DNA of 64,000 nt from Octopus sinensis (taxonomy: Eukaryota), in the NCBI RefSeq assembly GCF_006345805.1, contig NC_043000.1, positions 57,474,001 through 57,538,000 on the forward strand, given 5' to 3'. The position numbers were made by a program, and so were the translations under genes. The notes below the pieces were generated by a model. That model was not told the origin of the DNA, ran no database searches, and saw nothing but the letters and a program-made list of their open reading frames with translations. Below are positions 12,484 through 24,303 of this stretch, one piece after another; position 1 is the stretch's first letter, and every line of letters starts with the position of its first letter.

Positions 12484-12697
12484 AGGCAGTGAGCTGGCAG
12501 AATTGTTAGCACTGGACAAAATGCTTAGTGGCATTTCATTCATCTTTACATTTTGAGTTCAAATTCCGCTGAGGTCAACTTTGTCTTTCATCCTTACTGG
12601 GTCCATAAAATAAGTACCAGTTGAGTATTGGGATTGATGTAATTGGTTTATCCCATTCTCTGAAACTGCTGGCCTTGTGTCAAAATTTGAAATCAAT
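12484..12697 (+). mobile_element. tRNA-derived SINE (second family)
   Basis: ggcagtgagctggcagaattgttagcac...gagttcaaattccgctgagg...ggccttgtgtcaaaatttgaaa. Confidence 0.8.
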
Positions 12698-13007
12698 GTT
12701 CGGTTTAAAAAATCCTTTGGATACAAAGGTAAAAAGCTGTCTGTGAGAGATGTAGGTTCATGTTCTATCCCAAAATGTTTTTTCAGTCCAATATTTACAC
12801 ATTATTATTTATTGTTTATCGGTTTTCTGCTTCAGCATTAACTGCTCTAAAAAAGAACTATTTCACATTCCTTTGAAGTTCATAAATTCATATTTATCTC
12901 GATAATTTTAACTGAAATAGTACTTGATATTTGCAGCATGAATACACTTAAAATACAAAGCAATTTTTAACAAGACTAAATAGAGGACATTTTCATGCTT
13001 TACTTAC

Positions 13008-13123
13008 TGCTATATTTTTAAAGCGTTTAGCTGTTGTAAGGAAGCCTTTTTTATCACTTTCAACAATCACAACAGTTTGGTATTTTGAAGGAATTGTAGC
13101 AGTGGTAGTGATAAGTTCTGTTC
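13008..13123 (-). CDS. STPG1: STPG1 coding exon 2 (116 bp, phase 1/0)
   Basis: ttttag|GAACAG ... ATAGCA|gtaagt; (G)TELITTTATIPSKYQTVVIVESDKKGFLTTAKRFKNIA. Confidence 0.88.
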
Positions 13124-14239
13124 CTAAAATGATATGCAAGAAAATAATTAATGTTCTTTAATTTGGAACTACATTTTTAAAATCTAAAGTTCATATTCTG
13201 CAGAATAGTATTAAAGAAACCATTTTTTTAACAACCTCATATCATTTTGTTACTTATTTTTATTTGTCTTACTTTGAACTGGATTGATCTTCCAAAACTC
13301 TTTTTAACCAAGACATTCACTGAAGTCACTGAAAAATGAAACTGATGCTTCAAAAGAAGAGTAGGAAGAATGTTCATAGAACATCCACAATTTATACTTC
13401 ATCACAAGCTCTGTGTAAACTCTTTACTCTATGAAATATGTTTGTTCATTCAACATTATTGTAAATACGTACCACGTAAAAGTAGGGCTGTTAGCAATAG
13501 AACAGATGTATGTAGTGGTTGAATATTTCTTCCACTCGTAGTACTGAAGTGAAACACTTCCACACGTGTTATTTGTACATTGATAGGTTTGCTCTCAGTA
13601 TGCTATGTGAAGACAAAGAATGCAAGTAATGTTTCAGTGACCTGATGGGTTGTATGTCTCACTTCAAATAATTCACTACCCAATAGCTTCAGTCCTTCCA
13701 TGTCTTTTGTACTCAGACTACCATAGGTGGCCAGTGACAACCTTTTTTTTTTTTACAACATGATACGGTAGAAGTGAACCAAAAGAAATACTGAATATTT
13801 GATATATCAATGTGATGCTGTAGATTTGCTGCAAATGGACAATATCTGCTGGAAGGGATGTCATCTCTGTGCTAATGAACAGATGCAACGTAGAACAGAG
13901 AAGGTTCTTTAGTCATGCAGGGAACAAGACAACCTAACCCCTTCAGCACTGAAGCTATGTTAAAATATACTCAGTTCACCCTATAAAGTGGTTGGTGATA
14001 GAGAAACCACGCAAAAAAAAAAAAAAAAAAAGGAACAAACATACTTGATATAGTTTCCAACTTACTTAGAGGGCAGTAATTGTGAACAAGAACTGACTCA
14101 AATAATAGTGACCTGTTAGCATAGAAGATCAGATACAAAATGACGATGATGACCACATACATACATACATGATGGCAGTCCACTTGTGACCGAGGAAAAC
14201 TATTACTGACCTTTAGGAACATTGTGCACTCAAGACTAC

Positions 14240-15690
14240 TTTATACTTTACACTAGTGGCTCCATTGGTGACTAACGGGCCCTGCTCTTGACAAACATAC
14301 ATGACTGCAAACATTGCAGACCAAGCTTTCCCCATTCATTACATTACCAGTGCGTTTTCAAGCAGCATGCTTAAATTCTTCATGAAGAATACAAGCTCTT
14401 TGAAAGGTATTAATTCCCTCCTTTACCTGTTTCCTCCATCTGTGGCAATAACAAGCATTGCTCTCCAAGTCAGCCTCCCACATTTCACTGGCCTTTATTG
14501 AGGACTTTACACAGTTTTGGCTTCTTCTGGGGTTGCATTCAACTAACAAGTTCCCCATATGGCATCTGTTTAGGGATCCTGCTATCATTCATTCTAACAA
14601 GGTGTCCGGTCCGATGTAACCAGTGTTTGTATACCATCACCTCAATACTCAGGATATTGGCTTTCCACAGGACATGGAGGTTTTATGGTCCAGTCAACAT
14701 TCGGAATGTGTCTCAGACATCACTGATAGAAGCGGTCATGGACCTTTACATGACATTTGTAAAGAATCCATGTCTCACACGAGTAAAAGAGTGATGTCAG
14801 TACATATGCATGGTACACAGCAATCTTTCTTTGCTTTGTGATGCCATATTTGGGACTAGGCATGAGACTCAAAAGACCTGAAGGAATCAGTTGCTCTCTG
14901 CAGCCTGAAAGATATTTCATCATCCAGGGAGCAAGAACAGCTGAGTGTGCTGTCCAGGTAAACAAACTTGTCTATCACTTTCAGTATTGCTCCTTCAACC
15001 AAGATAGCTGGTTCCACATATGGGTTTCCTGGTGCAGGCTGTAACATTACAACAGTCTTGTCCAAGCCAATACTGAGTTCAAATGCCTTGCAAGATGCAG
15101 AAATATGATTCACAAGTATTTGCGTATCATCTGCTGTATGAGTGGCTAAGTCACAGTCATCTGCATAAAGGAGTTCATGAATAAGTGACTGGAAAACTTT
15201 GGAATTGGCAGCAAATTGACACAAGTTAAAAAGATGGCCAGAAGATTGATACCTAACATATATCCCTGGAGAGCTGTCCACAGCAAAAGCATGAGTAAGA
15301 GTAACAGCAAAGTACATAGAAAAGAGAGCTGGTGCAAGGATGTCACCTTGCTTGACACCATTCTTTACAGGGTCCTGCTATGCCACCACCAACATTGACC
15401 CAAGCCTCTATCCCATCATGAAATGATTTGATTATTGATACAAAATGATCTGGACATCCAAGTCTGCCAAGTATTTTCCATAGGGAGGCCCTATTCACAG
15501 TATCAAAGGCCTTGGTTAAATCAATGAATACCTGGACAAGAACCATATTCTACTCATAGCACTTCTCCTGCATCTGTCCCACTGTGTAAATCATATTCAT
15601 TGTTCCTCTTCCAGATTGTAAACCACATTGAGATTCAGATAGGATATCATTTACAAGACACCTATTCAGTTAGGTAAGAAGAATACATAG
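14240..15690 (-). mobile_element. Degenerate RTE-clade LINE remnant (RT + 3' region)
   Basis: Minus-strand fragments SESQCG, FIDLTKAFDTVNR, LLYADDC, FVYLDSTLS, YSCETW with several stops and frameshifts. Confidence 0.9.
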
Positions 15691-15739
15691 TTGTGGATAA
15701 TTAATTGCTGTTACTGTTACTGTTCAATTCAAGATGTTT

Positions 15740-17260
15740 GACCTGAAGGCACGAGTGTGAAAAGGAACTGTAAAGGGATTACACTGAATAGTAAACTTGA
15801 TGTTTTGAAGAGACTTGATGCAGAAGTAAAACTAAGTTTGCCAACGTCTACAGTAGGAACTATATGTGACAATAGAGAGAAAATTATGTCAAGTGCTCAA
15901 GAAACTCCTCCACTAACTGCCTGGACTTATTTTCCATATATCTAATGTAATGCTTAGAATGGAACGACTCTTGAGTGTATAGATCAAGGATCAGAATCAG
16001 CATAAATGTGTCAAAAAACATGATTTGCTGAAAGGGGAAGGTGAAATGTCCAAGAAAAACTCCTTTTTGGTTAGTAAAAGCTGGTTTGAATGTGTAAGAA
16101 GTGGATGAATTAGCACAACTTAAAAATGACTGGTGAAACTGCAAGCATTAATACAGAGGCTGCTATTAATTATCTTGAGCAGTTACAGAAAAGGATTGCT
16201 GAAGGGGACTACACACCAGAGCAAGTACACAATGCTGATGAAATTGCACTTCTCTGAAAATGCATGCCAGCTTGAACTTTTATTTCGCAGGAAGAAAAAT
16301 CATCACCAGGATTTAAAGCTTCCAAAAATCATTTGACACCTCTTTTGGGAGGAAATGCTGCTGGTGATATGAAATTAATGCCCCTACATGCGTATCACTC
16401 CCAAAATCCAAGGGTTTTTAAAGGTTACACAAAGTCTAATCTACTCCCAATTTGACATTCAAATAAGAAACATTTTTCAAAGAGTAGTTTACAAACGTTT
16501 TTTGTCCTGTAGTAGAAAGGTACAGTACTAGACATAATATTTCCAACAATACATTGCTTCTTTTAAAGAATGCACTGAGCCATCCAGAAAACTTAGATGA
16601 CCTTTTTGATAATGTGAGAGTAGAATTTATCCCCAAGAATACAACTTCTTTGCTCCAACCAATGGATCAAGGTGTGATAGCTAACTTCAATTATATGAGA
16701 ACTTTCAAACAGCTTATAAAAGCAATTAACAGGGAAGATAAACCTACAGTTAGAGATTTCTGGAAGAAATTCAACATACGGGATGCTGCAGATAATATAG
16801 TTGAGTCATGGGATGAAGTGAAATCTTCAACTTTGAACAGTACTTGGAAAAGTATATGGCCAAACTGTATGTGTGATATTACAAGTTTCCCTCAAAGCCT
16901 ACATCAAATTCAGAAAGATATTGAAACACTTGCAAAGGATGTAGGATTTGAAGAAGTCAAAGAGGATGATGTGAGTGAGTTGCTAGTGTCCCAGAGAGAA
17001 AAGGAACAAGCTGAGAATACGGGAGAGACAATAGAAGTTCCATCTACACCACTTAAATTGACAACAAAAATTATTGCTTAAGGGTTGGCATAAAAATTAC
17101 AAGAGGAATTTACAATGAGCTCAGTTCCTATCCTAAGCTGTACAAAGAGATGATGCATCATAAACAACAAACAACTTTTGATACATTCTTCACCCATCAA
17201 GTTGATTTTCATAATAATGACCTATAAGATAGTAAATATTGTACCACATCCTCTTAGTAA
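15740..17260 (+). mobile_element. Tigger/pogo (CENP-B-like HTH + DDE_1) transposase relic
   Basis: Fragments GITLNSKLDVLKRLD, NADE, GFKASK..LLGGNAAGD.KL.P, VEFIPKNTTSLLQPMDQGVIANF; many stops and frameshifts. Confidence 0.88.
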
Positions 17261-17517
17261 TGCTCAATCTACCACCACTCCTCACACAGTCAACATCTTT
17301 TGAAGCAAAAATGTACTCTTACGATATTACAATTCTTATTGATTCCCTAACATATTCCTCTTGAAATGTTTTTGTGTTCTGTATCTATATTATATTGTGT
17401 ATGTTTAGAAATATTCTGTTCTCTGTTGTTTTCTTGTGATTCTGTCCCCCACCTTTTTTTTTCAGGAAAAGTCCATAGGAATACAATCTCACTTGATAAT
17501 ATAGTATATATAATATA

Positions 17518-18787
17518 CAAGGGGTATTCTTTAAAGATTTACCCTGAGCCACTTCCCAAGGATTGGAATAAATGAAACTTGACATAATTATTAGTCTTTC
17601 TCTACATAGCCACCACCAATGGTGACACACTTCTCCCATCACTTTGTGCAGCTGTGAAGACCTTGTCTGTAGAAGTCAGTAGGTTGCATCTGGAGCCAAG
17701 ACTTTACCTCAGAAATAAGTTCATTATCATCCAAAAAGTGTTTCCTTTTCAAAAATGACTTCATGGTTGGAAAGAGGTGGAAGTCAGATGGTGCAAGGTT
17801 GGCAGAGTAAGGGGGATGTGGAAGGATTTCATAGCTGCAGGAGTGTACATTCATCTGGGCAACATGTGCATTGAATTGGGGTATTGACTTGGAGGATGTG
17901 GACTCTTTTGGTCAGCATGCCATGCCCCTCTGCTTTGATGGCATCTCACAATTTCTGCAGCAGAGAAGCATAATATGCCCTGTTAATTTTGGTGCACTAT
18001 TCCAGAAAATCCATCATCACTACTCCACGCTGGTCCCAAAATTGTGAGCATCACTTTGCCTGCTGAGGATTGGACACGAGCCTTCTTTGGAGGTGGTGAG
18101 TTATCATGCTTCCATTGATTCGACTGGACTTTAATCTCAGGATCATAGTGATGGACTCATGTTTCAACCTATATGATAAATCTGCTGAAAAGGTCCTCCT
18201 TGTTTCCTTGGCACATTGCCAAAAGAGCCTGGGAGCAATTAACTCATTTCCTGCATCTGAGGAATCCATCATGCAGACAACTTCTGCATGTGCAAATGGT
18301 CATGAATGATTTTTTCCATGGACCTTACACTTATCTTCATTTCTTGAGCTAGTTGCTGAATAGCTATGCAGTGATCCTCCAAAATGGCAGCTTCCACTTT
18401 ATAGAGGGTGTTGTCATCAATGGCAGAAAGTGGTTGTCCAGGAATAGGAGCAGTTTCCACCAAGTCTGACCACATTTGAACTGGCAATGCCAGTGCTTGA
18501 CTATGTCGTATGATGGTGCATCATCAGCATAAACTTCTTTCATTTCATTGAAAGTCTCTTTTGGTACGATCTTTCAAGTAAAAGAACCTGATCACTGATC
18601 TGCATTCAACTGCCTCCATTATAACACCATATTCCATTTCAGCAACCATAAAAGACAAACAAATACTAGTGGAAAGCTGCAATTTACAATGTGACAAGTA
18701 GAGACATGTATGATTGTACCTGTACAAGTTCCATTTCCTGCAATAACAGGAAATGGGTTAGGGGAAATCTGTAATGAATGCCCATTG
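17518..18787 (-). mobile_element. Full-length degenerate mariner element (~1.27 kb)
   Basis: Imperfect TIRs (ta|caaggggtattctttaaagatttaccctgagccacttcc vs reverse complement ta|caatgggcattcattacagatttcccctaacccatttcc), TA TSD, transposase fragments ECRSVIRFFYLK and ILPHPPYSANLAPSDFHLFP. Confidence 0.92.
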
Positions 18788-18789
18788 TA

Positions 18790-18970
18790 ATTTGTAAAGT
18801 AAAAGTCAAAATATTTCTCAAATTATTGTAAAAGTAAAGTGAATATGTATGTTTCTCATAATTTGTAAAATGAAAGTGAATATATTTTTCTTATAGTTTA
18901 TAGAATGAAAGAAGATATATTTTTCTGATAATTTTAAAAATGAAAGTAGATATATTTTTCTAATAATTTG
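18790..18970. repeat. Degenerate ~33-bp tandem repeat, ~5 units
   Basis: Recurrent aaaatgaaagt..atatatttttct..taattt unit. Confidence 0.7.
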
Positions 18971-19679
18971 TTTGGTGCATGCATGGCTGTGTGATAAGAA
19001 GTTTGCTTCCCAATCACAGGGTTCAGACCCACTGCATGGCATCTTGGGCAGCGTCTTCTACTATAGCCCCAAGCTGACAAAAGTTTTGCGAGTAGATTTG
19101 GTTGATAGAAATTGCAAGAGGTCTATCATGTATATATGTATGTGTATGCTTGTGTCTCCTTGTCCTGACATTGCATGTAGTTGTAAATCATTGTCACTTT
19201 CATACAAGCAGTGTAATTTGCTTCCAATATACTATGAAAACATGCCTCATCATGGGGAAATATTACCTTGCTTGGAAACAGAGGAGGGTTAGCAATGGGA
19301 ACGGCATCTAGCTGTAGAAAATCTGCCTCAGTAAACTTTGTCCAATTCATTGAAGAATGAAAAAGAGGAAGTTAAAATAAAATGAAAAAAATGATTGTTA
19401 AGTAAAAGTGAATATATTTTTCTTATGATAATACACATATCAAGTACCAGAGTTTGTCAACATACATTTTATGCTTTGGACCTTAATGTTCTATTTCACC
19501 ATATCAGATATTGAGGAGTATATGTGTATTGTTAGTGTTTACCTTGGCCCTACCACAATGCAATTCTCTCTGATATCCCATGTTTCACACTAAGTAATCT
19601 CCTTCCTAATCATATCTTTCTGGAAATGAAGGTATAAGAAATTCCCTCCTCAACTGGGATTTTCTTAGAGGCCTATAAA

Positions 19680-19749
19680 TGTTTTCCTACAAACCTATTG
19701 ATGTTTTTTCTACAGACCTATAGCTGTTTTCCTACAAACCTATAGATGT
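19680..19749. repeat. ~22-bp minisatellite, 3 units
   Basis: tgtttt(t)cctacaaacctat(a/t)g repeated. Confidence 0.75.
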
Positions 19750-19825
19750 TTGATCATTAATCTCACAAATTTAGGAAGGCCTGCAAAATTGATGGGCATT
19801 GGTCTACTTTTAATTCCTATATATC

Positions 19826-20196
19826 TTTTATTTTTCTTGCTTCAGTCATTAGGCTGCAGCCATGCTGGAGCAATATCTTAAAAAATTTTTTTTAGTTGAA
19901 TGAATTGACCCCAGTACTTATTCTATTTGTCACTTTTGCCGAACCACTAAGTTATGAGGATGTAAACACACCAACACCAGTTGTCAAGAGATGGTGTGGG
20001 GGGACAAACACAGACACAGAGATACACACACATGATAGCCTTCTTCCAGTTTCCGTTTACCAAATCCACTCACAAGGCTTTGGTCAGTCCGAGGCTATAG
20101 TAGAAGACACTTGCCCAAGGCATCCTATAGTGGGACTGAACCTGCGACCATGTGGTTGGTAAGCAAGCTTCTTACTACACAGCCATGCCTGCGCTT
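19826..20196 (-). mobile_element. tRNA-derived SINE (main ~400-bp family)
   Basis: Reverse complement of the family seen intact at 48201 and 56033. Confidence 0.85.
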
Positions 20197-20624
20197 ATGA
20201 AACAAAAATAAATAAAAAAATATCAGTATTTATTGGATCAATACAACCAGCTGCAAATAAGTGTCAGTAATAGGTTCGTCTCACCAGTGTAACTGGCAGT
20301 GATTTAGCTAAAATGCGTACCCTGCCAGGGCAGCCCTTGAGTTTGTGTCCCTACCCACCACCCACTGAGCTATACAAGCTTATACAGCAGACACAACAGT
20401 GCCAACCCCATTAAAGCATTGTCACTTGAGGAGGAGAGGAATAATCCCCAACTTCCCCAGCTATACTATTGATAAGAACCAGTGGTAATGTATATAACAT
20501 ACAAGTATTTCTTCATTAATCATTTAAAAAGTTAGAAGAGAAGGGACAGTGTCTGTAACTTTTGTATGCCCTTTGAGACTGGTGAGATTAATATGTCTAA
20601 ACATATGAAGGGATATGTCTACAG

Positions 20625-20819
20625 CAGTGTTTCTCAACCTATTTACCCTTGTGTAACCCTTAAAATAAATTACATGTCTTAAGGAACCCCTGCACAAAAA
20701 AAATTATATACCATATCTTTCTCATATTAGCATTAGCTTATCTCACTCTTTCTTGTAGGACCCATAGGAACCTTTTGTGGAACCCTAGGGTTCTGGGGAA
20801 CCCCAGTTGAGAAATGCTG
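20625..20819. mobile_element. hAT (Charlie-like) MITE, 195 bp
   Basis: TIRs CAGTGTTTCTCAAC / GTTGAGAAATGCTG with perfect 8-bp TSD GTCTACAG. Confidence 0.92.
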
Positions 20820-23365
20820 GTCTACAGGCATAATGTGGACAGGGAGACAGTTCCAGGAAGCTGTAGTTCTAGGGAACAAGGCAAAATAAAATTGAATGAT
20901 ACAATATCTGGGTGAGTGACTCACTGAAGGTGAATGATGAGGAGAAGCAAGTGTGTCAAACAGAACTTGGTAGAGATAGAAAGTTAACTTTCTATGCAGA
21001 GTAGAGCTTTTTGTCATAGCAGTTTGAAAAGCAGAGAGAAGAAACTATGTGTCTGTGAACTAATGCTTGTTAGGTGAGTGATTGCTTGCCTATGTCAAAT
21101 TACCTTCTTCTGAAGAGGGTTTAGAGTAGTGATGGCAAACTGCTTTTTAGTTCAGTATATTGGAATGCTAATTGCTTTGATAGTCAAATTATTGGTGTGT
21201 CAAATGTATGCATGTATATTTTTTAAATAAATGTTTAATGTAACATGATATTCCAGGGAGATTTTTTTTGATTTCAAAACCATCACCTGTCACTAAAAAA
21301 CCTGCAGTGAATCACTGCTGAAACATGTGTCACAGGTTTACTACCATTGCTTTAGGATGTTTATGTGTGTGCAATAATAATCCCACGCCAGATAATGAGT
21401 ACTGCCAATTTTAGTCTGAGCTTTGTAAGAGCAGCAATTATCCAGAAGTGAGGTATTTTTTACCCTAAAAAGGATACTTAGCTTTGGGGATGTAGTTTGG
21501 GCAATGTCATACATATGAGATATTCGATTGGGAAATAGCATTTGTAATTACTTTGAAGGTTTTAACTGAGCATTATTCAGGTGTAAAGAAGGGAGAAAAG
21601 AAAGGTATGAAATTGTTCCATGTCTCTCTGTAGGTCTGACATGAAGTGTTTATGTTAAGAATCAATGGCACAGAAGATTAAGGAGTATGCTTGGACATTG
21701 TTTTTAGTGATAGCAAGTACATTGGTAATTTACAGAAGGAAGAGTACAGGAAGTAGAACCTTAGAGTTGATATAGTGTGGGTTGGAGAAACTTTTGAGAA
21801 AACATGCATGAATTGGATGCTCTGTAACAGAAAGCTTCAATTCAAGAAATAATAATTGTCCAACCCATGCCATCATGGAAAGAGACATTAAAGGATGATG
21901 ATGATGATGATGATGCAACTTAGCTAGGCTTTGCTAAAGACAAGTGCACTGCCATGGCTTTCATTAAACTTTCAAGTGGCTTATCCACAGCCATAGGTAA
22001 ACCATTTTGTGATAATGATGGCAGTCTCTCATAGCTTGAGAAACACTGTTCTGTAATTTCTTGCTCAACAACCTTCACAAATGATTTGTTTATAGTGACC
22101 AAATATTTGTGCTGTACTTTAAGCTCACTTTCGCCATCAAATCAATGTTGCTCTGAACAGGTGCACAGTGTACTACACGAGGTGTTGAAGTGATTGCAGA
22201 GCACTGAGATGAAGTGTTTTGCTCAAGAACACAACATACCATCTGGTCTAGGAATTGAAACCATGATTTCACAATTGTGAGTGCAATACCTAACCACTAA
22301 GCCCTGTACCCTCACAAACTACTTGGTAACTCTATAGGAACTGTACAACAGGCATTCACTGGTGAAGAAGAAAGACTTAAGGTTATGAACAAAATACTTG
22401 TCTATTACAGTTTCCATCAGTTTTGAGAAGTTGTAATGGAGTCAGAAGTTGCTTTCTTTGCAGATGAAACACACTAAATATACTGTGTGTGTTTTCAAAG
22501 GTAAGAGTAGATTTCAATAGAGAGAGAAGGATTAAAATCCTTGGTGAAGATAGGAATTAGCAATGTGCTGTTTGAAGCCAATAGATGTGACATTGTGCTT
22601 GGCCATGTTATTGGATTGGAGCAGCTGGACAACATGCTGTTACAGTTTAGCTTCAAGCTATCCTTAAATGAGCACACCTACAATCATAAGCTTTCAGCTA
22701 TGACCATATTTTTAATTTTTGAAGGCAGTGCATATCTAGGACTACTTTATCTAACATGTCCCTCCATTTTCAAGACAGTTGAGTTTAATTTGAGGGAGAT
22801 TTGTCGACAAGTGAATGACCACAAAGCCCTGCTGTCTGCCTCCTCTTTCTCTTCACTGCACAAGTTTTTGTGCATTATGATGTAACTGATGGTATTGAGA
22901 GAGAGAGAGAGAGAGAGAGAGATGTTGCAACGTGGAGTTTGAGGCAGGCAAAAACTGTGAAGTGAAAGGTAGAAATATTCCACCAAACTGGTATAAACTC
23001 TCTTGGAAAGAGATAATCTGAGGACTGCTGGAATTTAGGAAGCAGAAAAATTTATTGGCTGCTGTACAATGTATGAAGGCATCCTTTCTTTTCCCCAAGG
23101 TGGTCATGCGAATGTTGCACTTGTGCTGTAGGTGGTGATTTTGCTTGTACCGCTGCAGCACAGTTGTGTATAAACCAATTGGCTAGGGTAGGTAGTAGGG
23201 GTTTTGGTTGTGTGCAGAATATAAAGGGGTATACATACAAAGATAGTATGAATCATTCAGCTTAACTTGAAGCACTGAATGATTACGGGAGGAGGTTATT
23301 GTGTGGAAGATATGAAGTGGGTTGTCTTGATTTGCCAGTATTCAGGTTAATCAGAGTGAGTGATA

Positions 23366-24303
23366 GATCTTTTCTAAAAGATGGACAGAATTTTCTACTT
23401 AACTAAATAATTTGAAACTTCGTATACTGGTAGAATGTGTCAAAAGAAAACATTAATTTCAATTAGTTTTTTTGAGAAAAATGTATTTTGTAACTTTTAC
23501 GTAGTTTAATTCTTCGAATTTTAACCAATCGTATTCTCTGTTTTGAGCTCAATTCATTTTCTGCTGTGTTATTCATCCTTATCACTGTCTTCTGTCTTCA
23601 AAGGCTTCTCCCATGTTTATTTCAATGTCATCCCTGACTTACGGAACGATTACCTGTGTGTGTGTGTGTGTTTTTGTTGTGTATGTGTGTGCGTTTGTTG
23701 TGTGTGTTATTGTTGTGTATGTCTTTTTGTTGTGTATGTGTGTGTGTGTTTTTGTTGTGTATGTCTTTTTGTTGTGTTATGTGTTTTTTGTTGTGTATCT
23801 CTTAAACCGATGAATTTCGTCGCCCAATAAAAATATTAACGATATCAAAGTTAAAAAAATATCGTTAATATTTTTATTGGGCGACGAAATTCATCGATTT
23901 AAGAGATACACAACACACGCACACATACACAACAAAAAGACACACACACACACATACACAACAAAAACACACACACACACGCACATACATACACAACAAA
24001 AACACACACACACAGGTAATCGTTCCGTAAGTCAGGGATGACATTGAAATAAACATGGGAGAAGCCTTTGAAGACAGAAGACAGTGATAAGGATGAATAA
24101 CACAGCAGAAAATGAATTGAGCTCAAAACAGAGAATACGATTGGTTAAAATTCGAAGAATTAAACTACGTAAAAGTTACAAAATACATTTTTCTCAAAAA
24201 AACTAATTGAAATTAATGTTTTCTTTTGACACATTCTACCAGTATACGAAGTTTCAAATTATTTAGTTAAGTAGAAAATTCTGTCCATCTTTTAGAAAAG
24301 ATC
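23366..24303. mobile_element. Foldback element: arms 23366-23845 and 23859-24303, 13-nt loop
   Basis: gatcttttctaaaagatggacag... is mirrored by ...ctgtccatcttttagaaaagatc; arms differ mainly in an internal (ttttgttgtgtatgtg)n tract; no ORF; TSD not identified. Confidence 0.9.

Noticed and set aside
18790-18970. Regularly spaced repeats resembling a CRISPR array (also 19680-19749, 62060-62230)
   Set aside because: Tandem degenerate units without unique spacers, in a eukaryotic intron with no cas genes
22541-22885. 114-aa plus-strand ORF
   Set aside because: No recognisable protein; probably chance or the antisense of a decayed repeat
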